Source: Proteromonas lacertae
Taxonomy: Eukaryota
Direction: 5' to 3'
DNA: 64,000 nt
Assembly (NCBI GenBank): GCA_002245135.1
Contig: NGBS01001192.1
Span: 1 to 64,000, forward strand
The stretch's first letter is position 1; every line of letters starts with the position of its first letter. Both the position numbers and the translations under genes were made by a program. The notes beneath the pieces are model-generated. The model was not told the origin of the DNA. It was given only the letters and a program-made list of their open reading frames with translations, and did not search any database. This document shows positions 13,300 through 27,086 of the stretch, one piece after another.

Positions 13300-13995
13300 C
13301 TATATATGACTATGATCAAAGAATCCAGCAGTTACAGATCTTTTAGCAAATTCTTTATCATCATAATAAGACTGATCATTACATCTGTATCCAAAATCAG
13401 TAGACATTGGCGCATACATAGGATTTATTCTCTTATCTCCTGTATGATCGTGTTTACAGTAATACATTTCTCTATGACATTTTTGACAATATTTAGTTTG
13501 TTTCTCTTTACCATAATCATACACAAAATCATCTGGTGGATGTTGCTGAAGTGTATGTGTCATTGTTTTATAATCTTCTGGCAAACGGCCAGTAGCTCTT
13601 GCTTGATCAATATCCATTTTGCCTTCTATTTTCATATGTTCACGATATCGCTCTGTTGGGATTTGCATTGTGAATTCACTCTTCTTAGCTGCATCGTGAG
13701 AACCAAAACCTAATTTTCTGTCTTTTAATGGCTGTTCCTTTATGAATACTATAACAAATAGACATAATAATCAATACACAAAGTATCATTGTATTTATCT
13801 GGTTCATAAGTGGTTTTAGAGAAATAAACCCCAACACGAGCAGGATTTGTTTGGAAATTTTTGCCATGTTCTCTTCCATCAATAGCTATTCCGAATTAAT
13901 TGATACTAAGTTATACGTTTCTTTTTATCATATGGATCGCCAACACCTATATATCCACATGGTTTAGCAGGTATAAGTTCGTGTGTAATATACAT
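13300..13995 (-). CDS. Hypothetical protein resembling flagellum-associated proteins of ciliated protists
   Basis: Spliced MYITHELIPAKPCGYIGVGDPYDKK...GKNFQTNP...EQPLKDRKLGFGSHDAAKKSEFTMQIPTERYRE; two GT-AG introns. The family resemblance is from memory only. Confidence 0.6.
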
Positions 13996-14191
13996 TTATA
14001 ATGAAATAAACAGCCAAATTAAAAACCAAAAAAACGTTTTATGTGAAACGAATATATATTTTGAACATAATGAGACAAACCATACTCTCAAACTACTTCA
14101 ATTTTCTTCTTATACACAAACAACTAGAACATTTTTATAATTCATTTTTATTTATTTGTTTTTGATATATCTATATTTATTTATATTAATT

Positions 14192-15668
14192 CTATTTACC
14201 AGCCTCACCATACTCTTTAGTCCATTTTTCAAATTTCTCTAACACTGCTTCACTTACAGTCTTTTTTATTTTTGTCAAACTACTATTAAAGTCTTCAATA
14301 CACATTGGTTTTAGATAAATACATCCTTGTGGTATGTCATAAATTGTTAATTTCACAGCTCCTGCTGTATCTCTTGTAGCAGGTGTATATTTCATAGAAC
14401 CACCAACTTGAATAGGACTAAAGTATTCAGCACTTTGTGCATCTCTCAAAGGTAACATTTTAGCATCATTAATTAAATTGCTTATATCACTACCAGAAAA
14501 TCCTTCAGTCCTTTTACTCAACTGTACGATATTCTCTTCTGTTAAAACATTGTCAGGCACTTTTCTCAATTCGATTTTAAACAATTCAGTTCGAGCTTCT
14601 TCATCAGGTAGTGGAATATAAACTCTCTTTTGAAATCTTCTTAAAATAGCATCATCTAAACTCCAAGGCATATTCGTAGCACCTAATACCAAAACATCGT
14701 TCGAATTCTTCGTTCCAACACCATCCATCTGTACCAAAAACTCATTCACCACTTGCTTCATTGCAGAGGACTGTCCAGATTCTTCTCTATTGGATAATAA
14801 CGAATCTATCTCATCTACAAACACTATGGCAGGACTGTGGCTTCTTGCTACTCTAAATAGACTTGTAATCATTTTAGCACTCTCACCAACATATTTATTA
14901 ACAATATCACTGGCTGATATTCTAAAAAAGTTAGATTTCATCTCTCCAGCACATGCTTCAGCTAAATATGACTTACCAGTACCAGGAGGTCCATACATTA
15001 ATATTCCTTTCCATGGAATTATATTCTTTTGTTGAAATAATTCGGGGTGAAAAAATGGTAACATTATTGTACTTTTCAAAGTCATTTTTGCATTATTTAA
15101 ACCAGCTACATCTGATAATCGAGTAGCTACATCTTTAATAATACAAGCCAATATTTGATTCTGTCTGGAATCTTCTTCTTTATCACCTGTATTAGCAACT
15201 GGCAAAGATTCTTTTTGAACTGCTGATCCACTGTTCGATAATGAAGGTGTTTGCTGTTGGTTTGATAACGGTAGATCAGTTGATGGTTGTTGGTAAGGAT
15301 TGTATTGTTGTTGCTGCTGCTGTTGTTGTTGAGGGTGGTTGATAAGGATTCATTGTTGGCTGCTGTTGAGATTGCAGTGGTTGTTGATTAGAAGTCATTG
15401 GTAAATCGACACCTCCTATTGAATTTGCTCCTATTGTATTCATTTGCTTTTGTGTTGGCATCTTCTTAAGTGCTTCTATTCTATCCATAAATGATATTAA
15501 TCTTGCTTTAAAATCATTTTGCTCTGCTGGTGGAACGCTGCCTTGCTTCATCATGGCCATCATCACTTCCACAAGAGCAATATAATTATCTTTCGCTCTA
15601 CTATACATCCCTTTGGTATCTAACTCGACAGCTTCTGCTGCCATCCTTCTAACTTGATCCATACTCAT
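14192..15668 (-). CDS. VPS4: VPS4-type AAA ATPase with N-terminal MIT domain
   Basis: MIT-like N-terminus; WKGILMYGPPGTGKS; VFVDEID; LGATNMPWSLDDAILRRFQKRVYIPLP; FEKWTKEYG end. One extra base at 15333-15335 splits the ORF. Confidence 0.9.
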
Positions 15669-15812
15669 TATTTTCGACTTTTTTTAAAAGACAAAAGAGG
15701 TGGTGCAAAAATTTTCGATATCTTGTGTAAAAAACACCATTTAAAAAATTTCAACAAAAACCCTTCAAAACATCAAAATAATATCATCAGAGAATGATAA
15801 TTCAAGTCAAAT

Positions 15813-17426
15813 TTACTTTTTCTCTTTTAATACATCCTTTGAGACTAAAGCAGCACCTAAACATGGTTTTGTTGCGAATAATCCTTCTTTGATTTGTTCC
15901 TCACCTACCTTATTGTCTTTATAATATTTACCTTCTTTCATCTCTTTCAAGTACTTTTCAGTGTCCTTTTCGTTAATCATCGAGATTGTGCAACCTCCCC
16001 ATCCAGCACCTGTCAATCTTGCACCAATAGCACCAAGTGATTTTTCTTGTTTAACTAAATCATTCAATTCTTTACAAGAACACTCATAATCCTCATTACA
16101 ACTCTATAATGTATAATACAATAGAAATAATATATACACGATGTGATTCATCTAAGATATCACCTAAATCTTTAATCTGATCATCATATTTCTCCTTGTT
16201 ACACACATCAATGAAATCGTACACTCTTTTAGCTTCAGAATATACGTGAATACATCTTTGTCTAATAATATACTCTTTATTCTCTTCAAATACCTTCTTA
16301 GCTGCTGGTCTGGATGGAATCAGTTCTTCTTGACTTAATTTCTCAACTCCAAAGATTTCTTGCAATTCTTCAGTAGTGTATGGTTTATCATGTAATACCT
16401 CTTTACATAAGTCAATCATTTCAGCAAATGACTTTTTGGATTGTTCTTGAACATCTTTTAATTTTTGTAAATTCTTCCAATCATCCAATTTCAAATGTTT
16501 TCCCAAAATTTTGGCACCAAATATTCCTTCTACTACTCTTTTGTTGAATTGTTGTGCTGCTGCTACTGCTTTCTCTGATGATACATAACTATTAGCTACA
16601 ACCCAAGCAATTCCTTCTGGTAATTTAATAATCTTACCATCTAAAGGGAAGAATGTGATATGAATTGCACAATTTGTTAAACCGAAGCAGGAAATAGATT
16701 GATCCATACCTCCTCCCATCGTACCAATGTAAAATCTACAACATTATATAATTAACATATAAAAATACTCAGCTACTCTACATAATTCACCTAATTCTTT
16801 TCTAGTCAATGTTATATTATAACATTTTGAGAAAGCTAAAGCACTAGCAACAACTAATGAAGATGAAGATGATAAACCAGCAGCTACAGGAACTTTACCA
16901 TCAAATAACATCTTAATTGTCTTGGGAGTGAAGTTGGTATGATCATAAACACCTTTATAACCACATTGAACGTATTTGTACCAGGTGTGCTTTTCCATCA
17001 TAGCAGCTGATCCATCAGAAGTAAATGATCCTTTTTCGAATTTATCTTCCATGTTTGCAACATGCACTTCTTTTGCTTTCTTGTTATTGGTGTAAACTGC
17101 AATAACAAAATCATTTGCAATAGCAATGGGAAGTACACCGTATCTACAGATCAGATATGCTATAAATACCCATGATAATCTATATGTTCACCGATTAAGT
17201 TCACACGACCAGGGGCACGAACTATTGAATATATTAAACAATTATACCATAAAATGAAGGTTCAACTTTGTAAGTTGCAACAAATTTATCATGAATTGCC
17301 TTATATCTTGCTTTCTGTTCTTCTAGGATGGATTTATCATAGATTTCTGCAAGACTAATAATAGAATAACTTGATAAAATTATACTCTTCAACTAAACTG
17401 TAAGGAATATTCACGTTTGAGGTCAT
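15813..17426 (-). CDS. GALK: Galactokinase / N-acetylgalactosamine kinase (GHMP family)
   Basis: [52 protein letters not shown]; five short GT-AG introns. Confidence 0.93.
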
Positions 17427-18722
17427 TTTCTAAAATCAAAGATGATATTCAAGCTTTTAGTTTGAGAATGTTTTTATCTATTGTTTTTTCTCAGTAACTA
17501 TAGAGAATTATGTAGAAATAAAATAATGTAACAATTCACAAAATATTGAGCATGTTATAAACAAGATAATAACAAAATAATATTAAATAATTAAATACAC
17601 TTCAAATAATATCAATTGTGAAAACCTTAATCATCCTCATATCGATATTCATTGAATAATTCTTCATATCCAAGTTTTATTAACTGTCTTTTAATTATTT
17701 TCTTTTCTCTCTTTTCTCTTCAACAGTAAGATATTTAATATTGCTGGTCAATTCATGAATAAACTTTGGTTCTAATAGCATTTATCATAAGTTTTAGAAA
17801 TTTGATAATTATAAAAAATATAGTCGTTATTACATTACAAAAGTCAAATTTGTAAATTAATGTAAATTTATTTTTAGTGTAAAAACCATCATAATTATAT
17901 AATAATGTGTAACAGTAACTGTAAAATGATAAGAAGTAAGAATGTTGTTATAGTTTTAAAAAGCATCATATCAAATATTACTTGTTATTCTTAGTTAATT
18001 TTATTAAAAATAAGTTAATAATATGATTTAGCAAGGTAATTAAAGATATAGCATATTTTTATTTATGAAATTTTGTAGTATGGGAGAAGAATAAGGTCAA
18101 ATCCGTTTGATAAAATTGGTAGCATTATAAACATTAATATGTCATGGTATGAAATATCGATGAATATTATGATTTCAATAAAATAGAAACTTCTATAATG
18201 CCCAAATTTGATTGGATAATCCTGTAATTCCATACTATCTATCACAAAATATCAAAAAATTATCCACAAGTTCTATCCTTTACTAATTCTTTCAATTAAG
18301 TGTATTAAAGCTATTTTATCGTTTTTTTATGTGTTTTATCTTTGGAAACTCAAGCAGTCCAAAGTCATCATTTACAGATACAAAGTATAAGGTGAACAAT
18401 TTATAAAAGGTAAACTGTGGTAAAGATGTATGTAATTTTGACCAATTCCACTAATTTGATATTACACAACTTCTAAACCTGATTTTATACATTTAAATAT
18501 TATTTTAGCAATTTATCGCATTTTTTAAAATATATACTTTGCTCAATGGATTTTAGGGAGAAGATTGTGAGTTATTCCACTATACCTTCGTCAGATAATA
18601 TTCTGGAGTATTTTAGTGATGTATTAAAATTAATATATATAAACTTTAGCTGAAAATATTTGGTTTCAATGAATATCCGAAAGTATGCCAATATTTGGGT
18701 ATAAATCACGTTGAAAACGTGG

Positions 18723-19049
18723 ATGATGAAGTTGCATTCAATAATATATTGTACTATCACCATATTTTTAATTTCTAGTAATTCATTAAAAGTGAACGAC
18801 ATACCTCCTACTCGTGACATACCTAAGGGATATAAATATTACTATGTACTACCACCAAAAAATCCAAAAGCAAATATTGAGATAGTGTATATAAAATAAC
18901 AATAATAGGATGAAAATAACCTTCCAATTGTTGTCATTAACCTTGTAAATCCATATATAGCAGGTGTATATCCTTTTAAGTTGATAAAAATCATGATATT
19001 TGGAGTATATCAGAAATATCATGATTATGTCATAAATAAGCGTATTTAG
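18723..19049 (+). CDS. Possible small secreted protein or gene remnant
   Basis: Signal-peptide-like MMKLHSIIYCTITIFLISS; one putative 24-nt intron extends the ORF; no recognisable domain. Confidence 0.3.
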
Positions 19050-20031
19050 AGCGTTATTATGTGATAATGGTATAAAAATAGAATGACTGACGTAACTGGC
19101 GAAATGAAAGTCTATAAAATAGTGTACTTAAGAAATATACTTTTTATATCTTATATCAGTTTAAATAAAATTCATTACAAAATAATATTAATAAGGATAA
19201 AAATTTTAATGTTCGAATATCAAATGCTAATGTACATTCTGTTAAGGATAATTGTCAAAATTTTACAGTTACTTATATTATTAATATAATTCAGATCTAA
19301 AATATATATTATATTTATCCAGATATATTATATAAAAACAACAATTTTCAGGTTGTTCTACAAAGATTTTTGTTAATTGTGTTACTAATTGTGAAGATAA
19401 CCCTTGAGAAGATGTTTAATCATGTACATAATATCATATATGGAGTAAATTTACTGGATTTACGGTGTAAAATATATAAATAAAAGCTGGTGTAAATTTA
19501 ATCAGACTAAACAACAACTTATTTTTCAAATTATTTATTTTCCTTTATTGATTGTTTGTGATTGAGATGGAGGATATAATGCTGGATATGTTATTAAATT
19601 GCAGTACATTATATATTTATTATCTAACTTCGATAATCATTTGTATATTATTTTTGGATTTCAAAAAATGAAATTAATCATTCATCATTACTGCATAATT
19701 AACATATGTAGATGGTTTACATAATATTACAAAGGTTATTAGAGTGTGATTAAGAGATGCTATACATTTTATAAAAGAAAAAATGTTTAAATCAAAATAT
19801 CTTATTTAACTTATAGCTACATATCGGTAGTCTTTAATTTAATGAATGTTTTAAGAATTAATGAAATAAACTACCACAACGCCTATATTCTATAGAATTA
19901 TGTTAAAAACATTCATGACATTTCAAAAAACACTAAAACAAAAACAAAAAACAAAACAGAAACAGTGTTTAATCAAAAAATTAACAAAACAAAAACAGTT
20001 CAAAATAAAAACGACATTTCAAAAAATCATA

Positions 20032-20816
20032 ATGAATAAGATTCTTATTGCTTCCTGTTGTATGATTCTAAAATTTTATTTATAGTGATCTTCTTTATAT
20101 GCGCAGTTGAATGTAAAGAAGAAAAGAGTATATTTTGTTAATTTTACTTGATAGAATACCAGAACGAGAAAGACAACATAAAATTGTTGAACGATTACCC
20201 TAAAGAAAAGAGTTATCCATTAAATAATGGAGAAGGAGCAGTATTTACATTCTATGGAAATGTAACTGAAGAAGGTGTAATATATCACTGTGAATCAGGA
20301 AATGCTTACTTTGAAAATAAAGTAATTAATCATACCTCAAAAGAATATGAAAGATTTCACATTGTTTATAGACAAGTTTATAATGTATCAAGAACAAAGT
20401 TCGAAAATTACACATATTATGAAGGAGAGGGATGTGTTATTGATGAATCATCTTCATATGTGTGGTTTGACAATAAAGAAGCTGTTACTAGATTACCTAA
20501 AGAAATAAGAGATTGTGGATTAGAACCAGCTCAATACGACTTTATTCAATTAAAGAATAGATGTAATTATAGAGTAGAATGCAAATCTGATAATATTTAT
20601 TTTTTCAAAATTGCTGATAATGCTATTACAGCATATTTAACTAATGATACAGAAGAAATACAAATTCGTAACTTAGATAAATTTGAAAGGTATAGTGCTA
20701 GATCATACTCTGATGTACAAGCTATAATAAATTTCTTATCTGGTCCAAGTTCTTCAGTTATGATAATTCCATCATTTGTGATGATTATTGGATTGCTATT
20801 ATTAATAGTAATATAG
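20032..20816 (+). CDS. Secreted/GPI-like surface protein
   Basis: Signal peptide MNKILIASLIFFICAVEC assembled across short introns; hydrophobic tail SSSVMIIPSFVMIIGLLLLIVI*. Confidence 0.75.
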
Positions 20817-21241
20817 AATGTTATACATGATAAATTGATAATCATATTCCCCTATATATAATTTGTTTTTATAGATTTCTTAACACTATTCACTAACCAA
20901 CTGTACTTTTGAGTAATTAAAACATTATTTTGTAATAATATCCAAGTTCATAATCTATGCACTGCTTAAAACCGCTGATAATCGAAATTCAAAATAATAT
21001 TGCAGAAAAGAATATATTTTAGGAATTGCCATATTATAATGTTCAATTTTATCGTAATTTTAAGAAATATAAGTATAGTGTATATGTTTATTGTAGATAT
21101 TTATTCATAAAATAGGTAAAAGACTATATTCTCATTCTTACTAATTTAACTATGAATTATATATAAACCAAACACAACAAATAGCATATCCCCAACTTCT
21201 GTTGATTTATTTCATCAACAAAATAAAATGCATTTTTAAAT

Positions 21242-22276
21242 CTACTTAGCAGCAACTTCAGTTCTCTTTTGGTATGAAGCCTTCTTTTGTTTAATACGAT
21301 CATTGAATTGGGCAGCAGATTTCTTTGGTTTGTTGGCAAATTTAGCATTTTTGTAATCTTTAACAGCCTTTGGTTTAACAGATGGGTCTTTTCTTATAGC
21401 TTCATGTACCTTGGTGTATAAAGCTTCTAATCCATCAGCTTTAATTCCGTTCTTAATGTAATCAGCAAATAATTTATTGTATTTATCTTTATCTTCTTTT
21501 TCTAATGCTTTCATGTATTTACTGATGTTCTTACCAAAGATCTTTTCTCTGTGAATCTTAGGATCATAAGACTTAGATTCTGAATTATAACCTGGGAATC
21601 TCTTTTCGCTATGTGGAATATTTAAACCACCATCTACTGCACCTTTCAATGCACCAAAGATTCTGCAACCTGTTGTTGTTCTTCTGATACCTACATCTAA
21701 ACTACATTTGAATGGTCTTTTGTTTTCATCAACTTTTGGTACGAAATAAGTTACTTTGTTTTCTACTGTCTTGGCAATTTCACCTGTTACTTTGGTTACA
21801 CCTGGGTAGATTTTATCTAAACCTAATTTTGTCAATAATCTTCTGGCAACTAATAAACCAGTACAGTAACATGCTGGGTAGTTCTTTAAACCTACACTTA
21901 ATCCATATCTTGGTAATTCAGAACTGTAAGCACTGGCTAACACTCTATCACATTGTAAATCACTGTAGACGATTTGACAAATGCAGGTTGTATCAGTTAA
22001 ACGAACAACAAGACGATATTTGTGAGAATTGTACTTGTTCTTAGCTTGGACGATCAATCTCTTTCTGGCATAATAATCGGTTTTGCATTCACGTCTTCTT
22101 CTGAATTGTGTTTGGAAACGTTTGAAATAAGCCTTATTCTTGACTACTTTAACGAATGTCTATGATTTATAACAATAAGAACAATATATAGGTATATGAA
22201 TAGAGCAATGCATCAATACAGTATTGATAGATGTAACAGAAACAAAATAAGTATCAGTAGATCATATATATACCAT
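21242..22276 (-). CDS. RPL5: 60S ribosomal protein L5 (uL18)
   Basis: [36 protein letters not shown]...[15 protein letters not shown]; 114-nt intron 22160-22273. Confidence 0.97.
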
Positions 22277-22392
22277 TTTTTAATTAAAATGCAAATGAGG
22301 GGATGATTTATTTTAAAATCTATTTTGAATGTATTAAACTCCTATTTGATTATCAAGCCAAGCCTTGCATTACATTAAAATATAAAGAAAAT
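22277..22392. promoter_or_regulatory. Probable bidirectional promoter between RPL5 and RPL14
   Basis: Divergent ATGs 116 nt apart; contains TCAAGCCAAGCC at 22353-22364. Confidence 0.6.
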
Positions 22393-22830
22393 ATGGTATA
22401 AACCTAGTGTTTTATTCTCTTATAGTACTTCAAGAGATTTGTAGAAATCGGACGTGTAGCCCAAATTAACTATGGACCAAACACTGGTAAACTTGTTGTA
22501 ATTCTCGATATTCTCTCACACACCAGAGTATAACAGTTATTTGTGATTATATTTAATCAGGTATTAATTGACGCACCAGCATCCGCAGGAATACAACGTA
22601 AAATCATCTGTACAAGAAGACTTACCTTAACAGATATCAAGCTTCCAATCGCTCGTCAACAACACAGAAAGTATATTGAAAAAGCTTTTGCTGATGCTAA
22701 AGTAGAAGAACAATGGAGTAAAACTAACATTGCTAAATGTATTGCCAAGAGAGAAGCTAGAGCTCAGTTATCAGATTTTGATAGATTTAAAGTTATGGTA
22801 GAAAAAAAGAAGGCTCATATGAAACATTAA
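22393..22830 (+). CDS. RPL14: 60S ribosomal protein L14 (eL14)
   Basis: [41 protein letters not shown]...[10 protein letters not shown]. Confidence 0.95.
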
Positions 22831-22943
22831 ATAATGGAGATAAATGGCTTGGAATTGTTTTATTTTTAATTTGGGGTATTGCATTAATCATAATAACAAC
22901 AAATATATAAAGGAATAATAATAATACATAACAAAACAACAAC

Positions 22944-24596
22944 TTATAAACCAATTTTTTCTGCTCTTAAATCTCTCTCTCTTCTTTTACATTCAGGGCA
23001 TTTCCATAGTCCAGTTGGTATTTTATATAATCCAACACAAGACAAATGAAAAGCAGCAGGACACTTGTCACAGAGTACCAACGTTCCTGTTAATTTACAT
23101 CTATGACAGATTGAATCATTTTTATTATATCTATTCGTTCTAATATATAAATATTTCTGCTCTTCTCTAAATGTGTCAATGTATTTATTAGCTTTTTCTT
23201 CATTTACTACTTCAGTTAATTTCTTCTGCATTTCATGTAATCTTCTACTATATCCTTCTAATAAACCTACTCTCCCATTTCTACCTCCTATAATCCATTA
23301 AATGGTGATTTTTTATATATTTAAATTCTCTATATGTATAAGATAATCTACTACTCCAAAAGAGTGAAGATATTGATTCAGTTTTGGGGAATTTCATCCA
23401 ATACTTTCTATTATTATTATTATATATAAATAATTAAATAAAATAAATAATACTATAACTGGATTTACCATAACCATTTCTTTGTCTTTTTTATTCTCTT
23501 TCTTTTTATCATTTTCTTTTTTCTTTCCAATAAAACCCCTATATTTTTAAAACAAATAAAGTTGATACTTGCAGTTACTTTCACCACAATGACATTTCCA
23601 TGGTTCATCACTAAAACTATCAAATGAATAATCAATTGTTATTTCTTCATTTTTCTTTATTTTTCTTAAACTAAATACACCTACTCGATATTCATTATTT
23701 ACTCTCCAAACTTGTAACTCACTGTTGGGATTACAACTGTGATTTAAGAATCTTGCGTTATTACCCATCACTTCGGAGTCTATAATGTAATTTGGTTTGA
23801 CTTGAATCATGTAGAAATGGAAGTGAGTCTATATATATATATATATGTAAAAAAAGAAATAAAACTAAAAAGTAAAAATTAATATACATTTCCATATTGC
23901 TGTCTTTTCAACCACAATCTTTTCCCACATTCCTTATCATCTATTATTTCTCCAATATATTCAATAATATATTCATTGCACTGATATCTTCATTTGCAAA
24001 TAATCCTCTTCCCTTCAATTCACATTCTTTTACATATAAACTCTTATGATGGTGACTAGTGAATAATCTATTGCAACATCTAGCAGAAGGTAAATGACAT
24101 ATATCTGAATTACATTCTATATGTTGAGATCTGTTGTAACAGTTATCATCACAGACATTTTCACAATCACACATTTCCACTAAAGGTGGATAAGATTTTT
24201 TATGAAAATCATCATGATATCGATTTTTTCTTATTGGTATATATCCTAATTCTGATTTTAAGGTTGAAATATCTGATTTGTCAAAGTTCCTAGGTTTTGA
24301 TGGTAATTTGTTGTTTAAAAAATCGAAGAAACTCCCAAGTTTTGAATTTACACATAATATTTCCTCTAAAGATTTAGGTGATACTATTTTTCAAACTATA
24401 CATAATTCGTATACGATCAGTATTTGATTCAGATTTTTTCTGGATTTTCTAATTGATAATAACAAATATTTTGACATACTTTAACATGCTCAAGATTTTC
24501 TTGTTTTTGATTATTTATCTCATTTTCTTTGGATTTTTCTATTATATTATGCTTCCTTTTATGAACTGGGAAAAAATCTGTAATTGATGAATTCAT
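22944..24596 (-). CDS. AWS-SET-postSET histone methyltransferase (SET2/NSD/ASH1 class) with C-terminal PHD finger
   Basis: Cys-rich AWS, KGRGLFA, IEYIGE, GNNARFLNHSCNPN, EEITIDY, CHCGESNC, PHD CHRC...LCDKCPAAFHLSC...WKCPEC; several 1-nt indels. Confidence 0.88.
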
Positions 24597-24705
24597 TATC
24601 ACTACGAATTTTTAAATTTAGAAAAAAAAGTTTGATTTGAAAATTTATAACGTCTCTTTTTTTATTAAACTCTTTTCTATCTCTGCACATAGTTAGGTAT
24701 TTAAT

Positions 24706-25488
24706 ATGTCTCAAGTAGAAACTGTGACTAACCGCCAACCCAAACCGTATATAAAACGTATTACATAATATAGCTTTTGTTCAAAACAATGGTTGAATAA
24801 CAGATACAAAAAGAATAAAAAACCAGCATCACATGAAAATAAACCAACTAAACGAGTTCATAGTATAGTAGAATACCAGTTAGATGAAGTACAAGACAAA
24901 TTCCTCTTGAGAGGAATCTCAGAAGAATATATGGATAATCAAATAGTAAAAGCTGGTAATGAATACTGTCGATTAATAAAAAGGAGGTTGAATAACAGTA
25001 ATCCTCTAGTTGTTGAAGATGTTATTATTATAACAGGAGAAGCGTGTAAAGAACTCTGTACAATGACAAAGCCGCAACATATAACAAAAAAAATAAAAGT
25101 ACATAATTATGTAAATAAAGTAAATGCAAAATTAGTGGAACAGAAAAGGAAAGAATTGAAAAGATTAGAAAATTATTCACAATATTTGAAATTAATGTTA
25201 GAAAATAATAAAAAACTTGAGTCTCAGCTTGAATCTATGATTAGCAAAAAATCATCTGCAGTTGATGAGGAGGAAGTGGATGAAAATGATGAACCAAATA
25301 AATTCAATAAACAAGTGAAAGATATCGTCGATAATATTAATAACAGATTAAAACAAAAACAAAATATATTCGAACATTATTATAACAAGATTTTAGCTTA
25401 TAACGATATGAAAATTGAAATGCTTAAAGAATTTGGTATATTAATGGGAATAGATCCTAATTTTAACCTTAAAAAACAACTTAAATAA
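24706..25488 (+). CDS. Hypothetical coiled-coil protein
   Basis: ATG 24706 joins the 231-aa ORF through a short GT-AG intron; divergent from the SET gene. Confidence 0.65.
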
Positions 25489-25579
25489 TTATATATAATT
25501 TTTTCTTTCATTCTTTTATTTTTTAAAAATATAAAGAACAACATCAACTTCACTTTTCTTTTTTTTTATTAGACAATAA

Positions 25580-26923
25580 TTAATTAGGTTTAGTTATAGA
25601 AAACATAGGGATATGCACAGTAACATTCCCTTTAGAATCAATCTGTCTATAGAATGTAGAATCATCTTTAATTGGTTCATACACATTTCTCCCCATAAAA
25701 TCAAACTCTTCTCTCCTCTTCTTCTTTTCTTTTTTATTATCACTAATGTCTAGCGATTTTATCATTCTACATAAATCATGAATTCCTGTTGGTTTCTTTA
25801 TTTTCACTTCATAGGCTGATTTTAATTGTGCTGGTTTTGGACTATATATTTTTGCATTTTCAAAATCAGGTGATAATGGTTCTGTAATATTCATAATTAA
25901 TGGAGGAATTGAAAAATCATTCTCTGGAGGCAATTGTTCTTCTATTTCACTTTTTATATCTGATAATGATGAAGGAATTGTTAATTGTTGTTTATGTTGA
26001 TTTTCTTCTTCTACTGTTTCATTATCATAAACTTCATTATTATTTTCTTCATTACATTTCTTTTCAATTACATATATTGGCTTTGGCAATGATGTTGGAT
26101 CTTTGATATGATATGAATATAAATCTTTTGGTGAATCACTATATATTTCAAATGGAAACATATCTTTATTCAAATTATTTATCACTATATAACTTTTATC
26201 TCCTATTTCTTTTTCTTTGTTATTTAATATATTATTATCAATTTCTTCTTTATCTATTTCAAATCCTTTTTCTATTGTTTTACTATTTATTATATTAATT
26301 GGAGAATGAATTGGTAATTTTTCATCATTAAAAACCACCGGACTAATTGGAGATGATATAATATCCGCTTTATTTAAATGACGAGATGATTTTAGTACGA
26401 ATAAAGGACTGGATATTTCATTTATTACCTTATATTTACTTCTAATTTTGTCTTTTATCAGTAAATACACTGTGAATTTAATTTTTGTTGATTTGTTTAT
26501 TGTTTCAGCATATCTCCAAGATATTAAACTTGAATTGATGATAAATATAGGCTTGTTATTCTTTTCACTTTCTTCTTCAGAATAATTACCTAAATAGAAT
26601 GGACTTTCACTTTCTTCATCATAATTAAACATCTCTATTTCATATTCACTATTTGTATTTAACATAGGTTGAGATAAACTACCACTTTTCTCAAAACAAC
26701 CTACTACTACATAATCATTAACATTTGACTGTAAACTATCACAGAAAACTTTAATACAACTACCACAAAAACCTTTTTCCTATTGATAATAAAGAACAGA
26801 CAGATATACTTTGTGGATTCCATTTAAATGATTAGGAAAACATCTAATATGCTTTTGATTTTTTGTTCTATTATTTCTAATGTAATACTCATTCCACCGA
26901 ATCTCAATATCGAATGAAATCAT
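25580..26923 (-). CDS. Uncharacterised CFPxH...GFCG family, copy 1 (putative transcription factor)
   Basis: MISFDIEIRWNEYYIRNNRTKNQKHIRCFPNHLNGIHK|EKGFCG...ESPFY...SWRYA...SPLFVLKSSR; C-terminal DLCR...REEFDFMGR...QIDSKGN. Confidence 0.8.
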
Positions 26924-27086
26924 CAATTGTCTTTTCAATAGCTTGATAAGATCAAATAAATAATTTGTCCTTTCATACTAAATATTACTTTTATTTCTTC
27001 CTTTGCTATTGAGAGCCATAAACACATATTCACAAAAAACATATATAAATCAAATTTAATAACGAAACAACATCTAAAAAAACGAA

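Noticed and set aside
15276..15340. Programmed ribosomal frameshift in VPS4
   Set aside because: No slippery heptamer or shared context with other breaks; the breaks need both +1 and -1 corrections.
17430..19990. Long AT-rich gene-poor stretch as a mobile element or RNA gene
   Set aside because: Only short degenerate ORF scraps; no termini, tRNA/rRNA motifs or repeats recognisable by eye.
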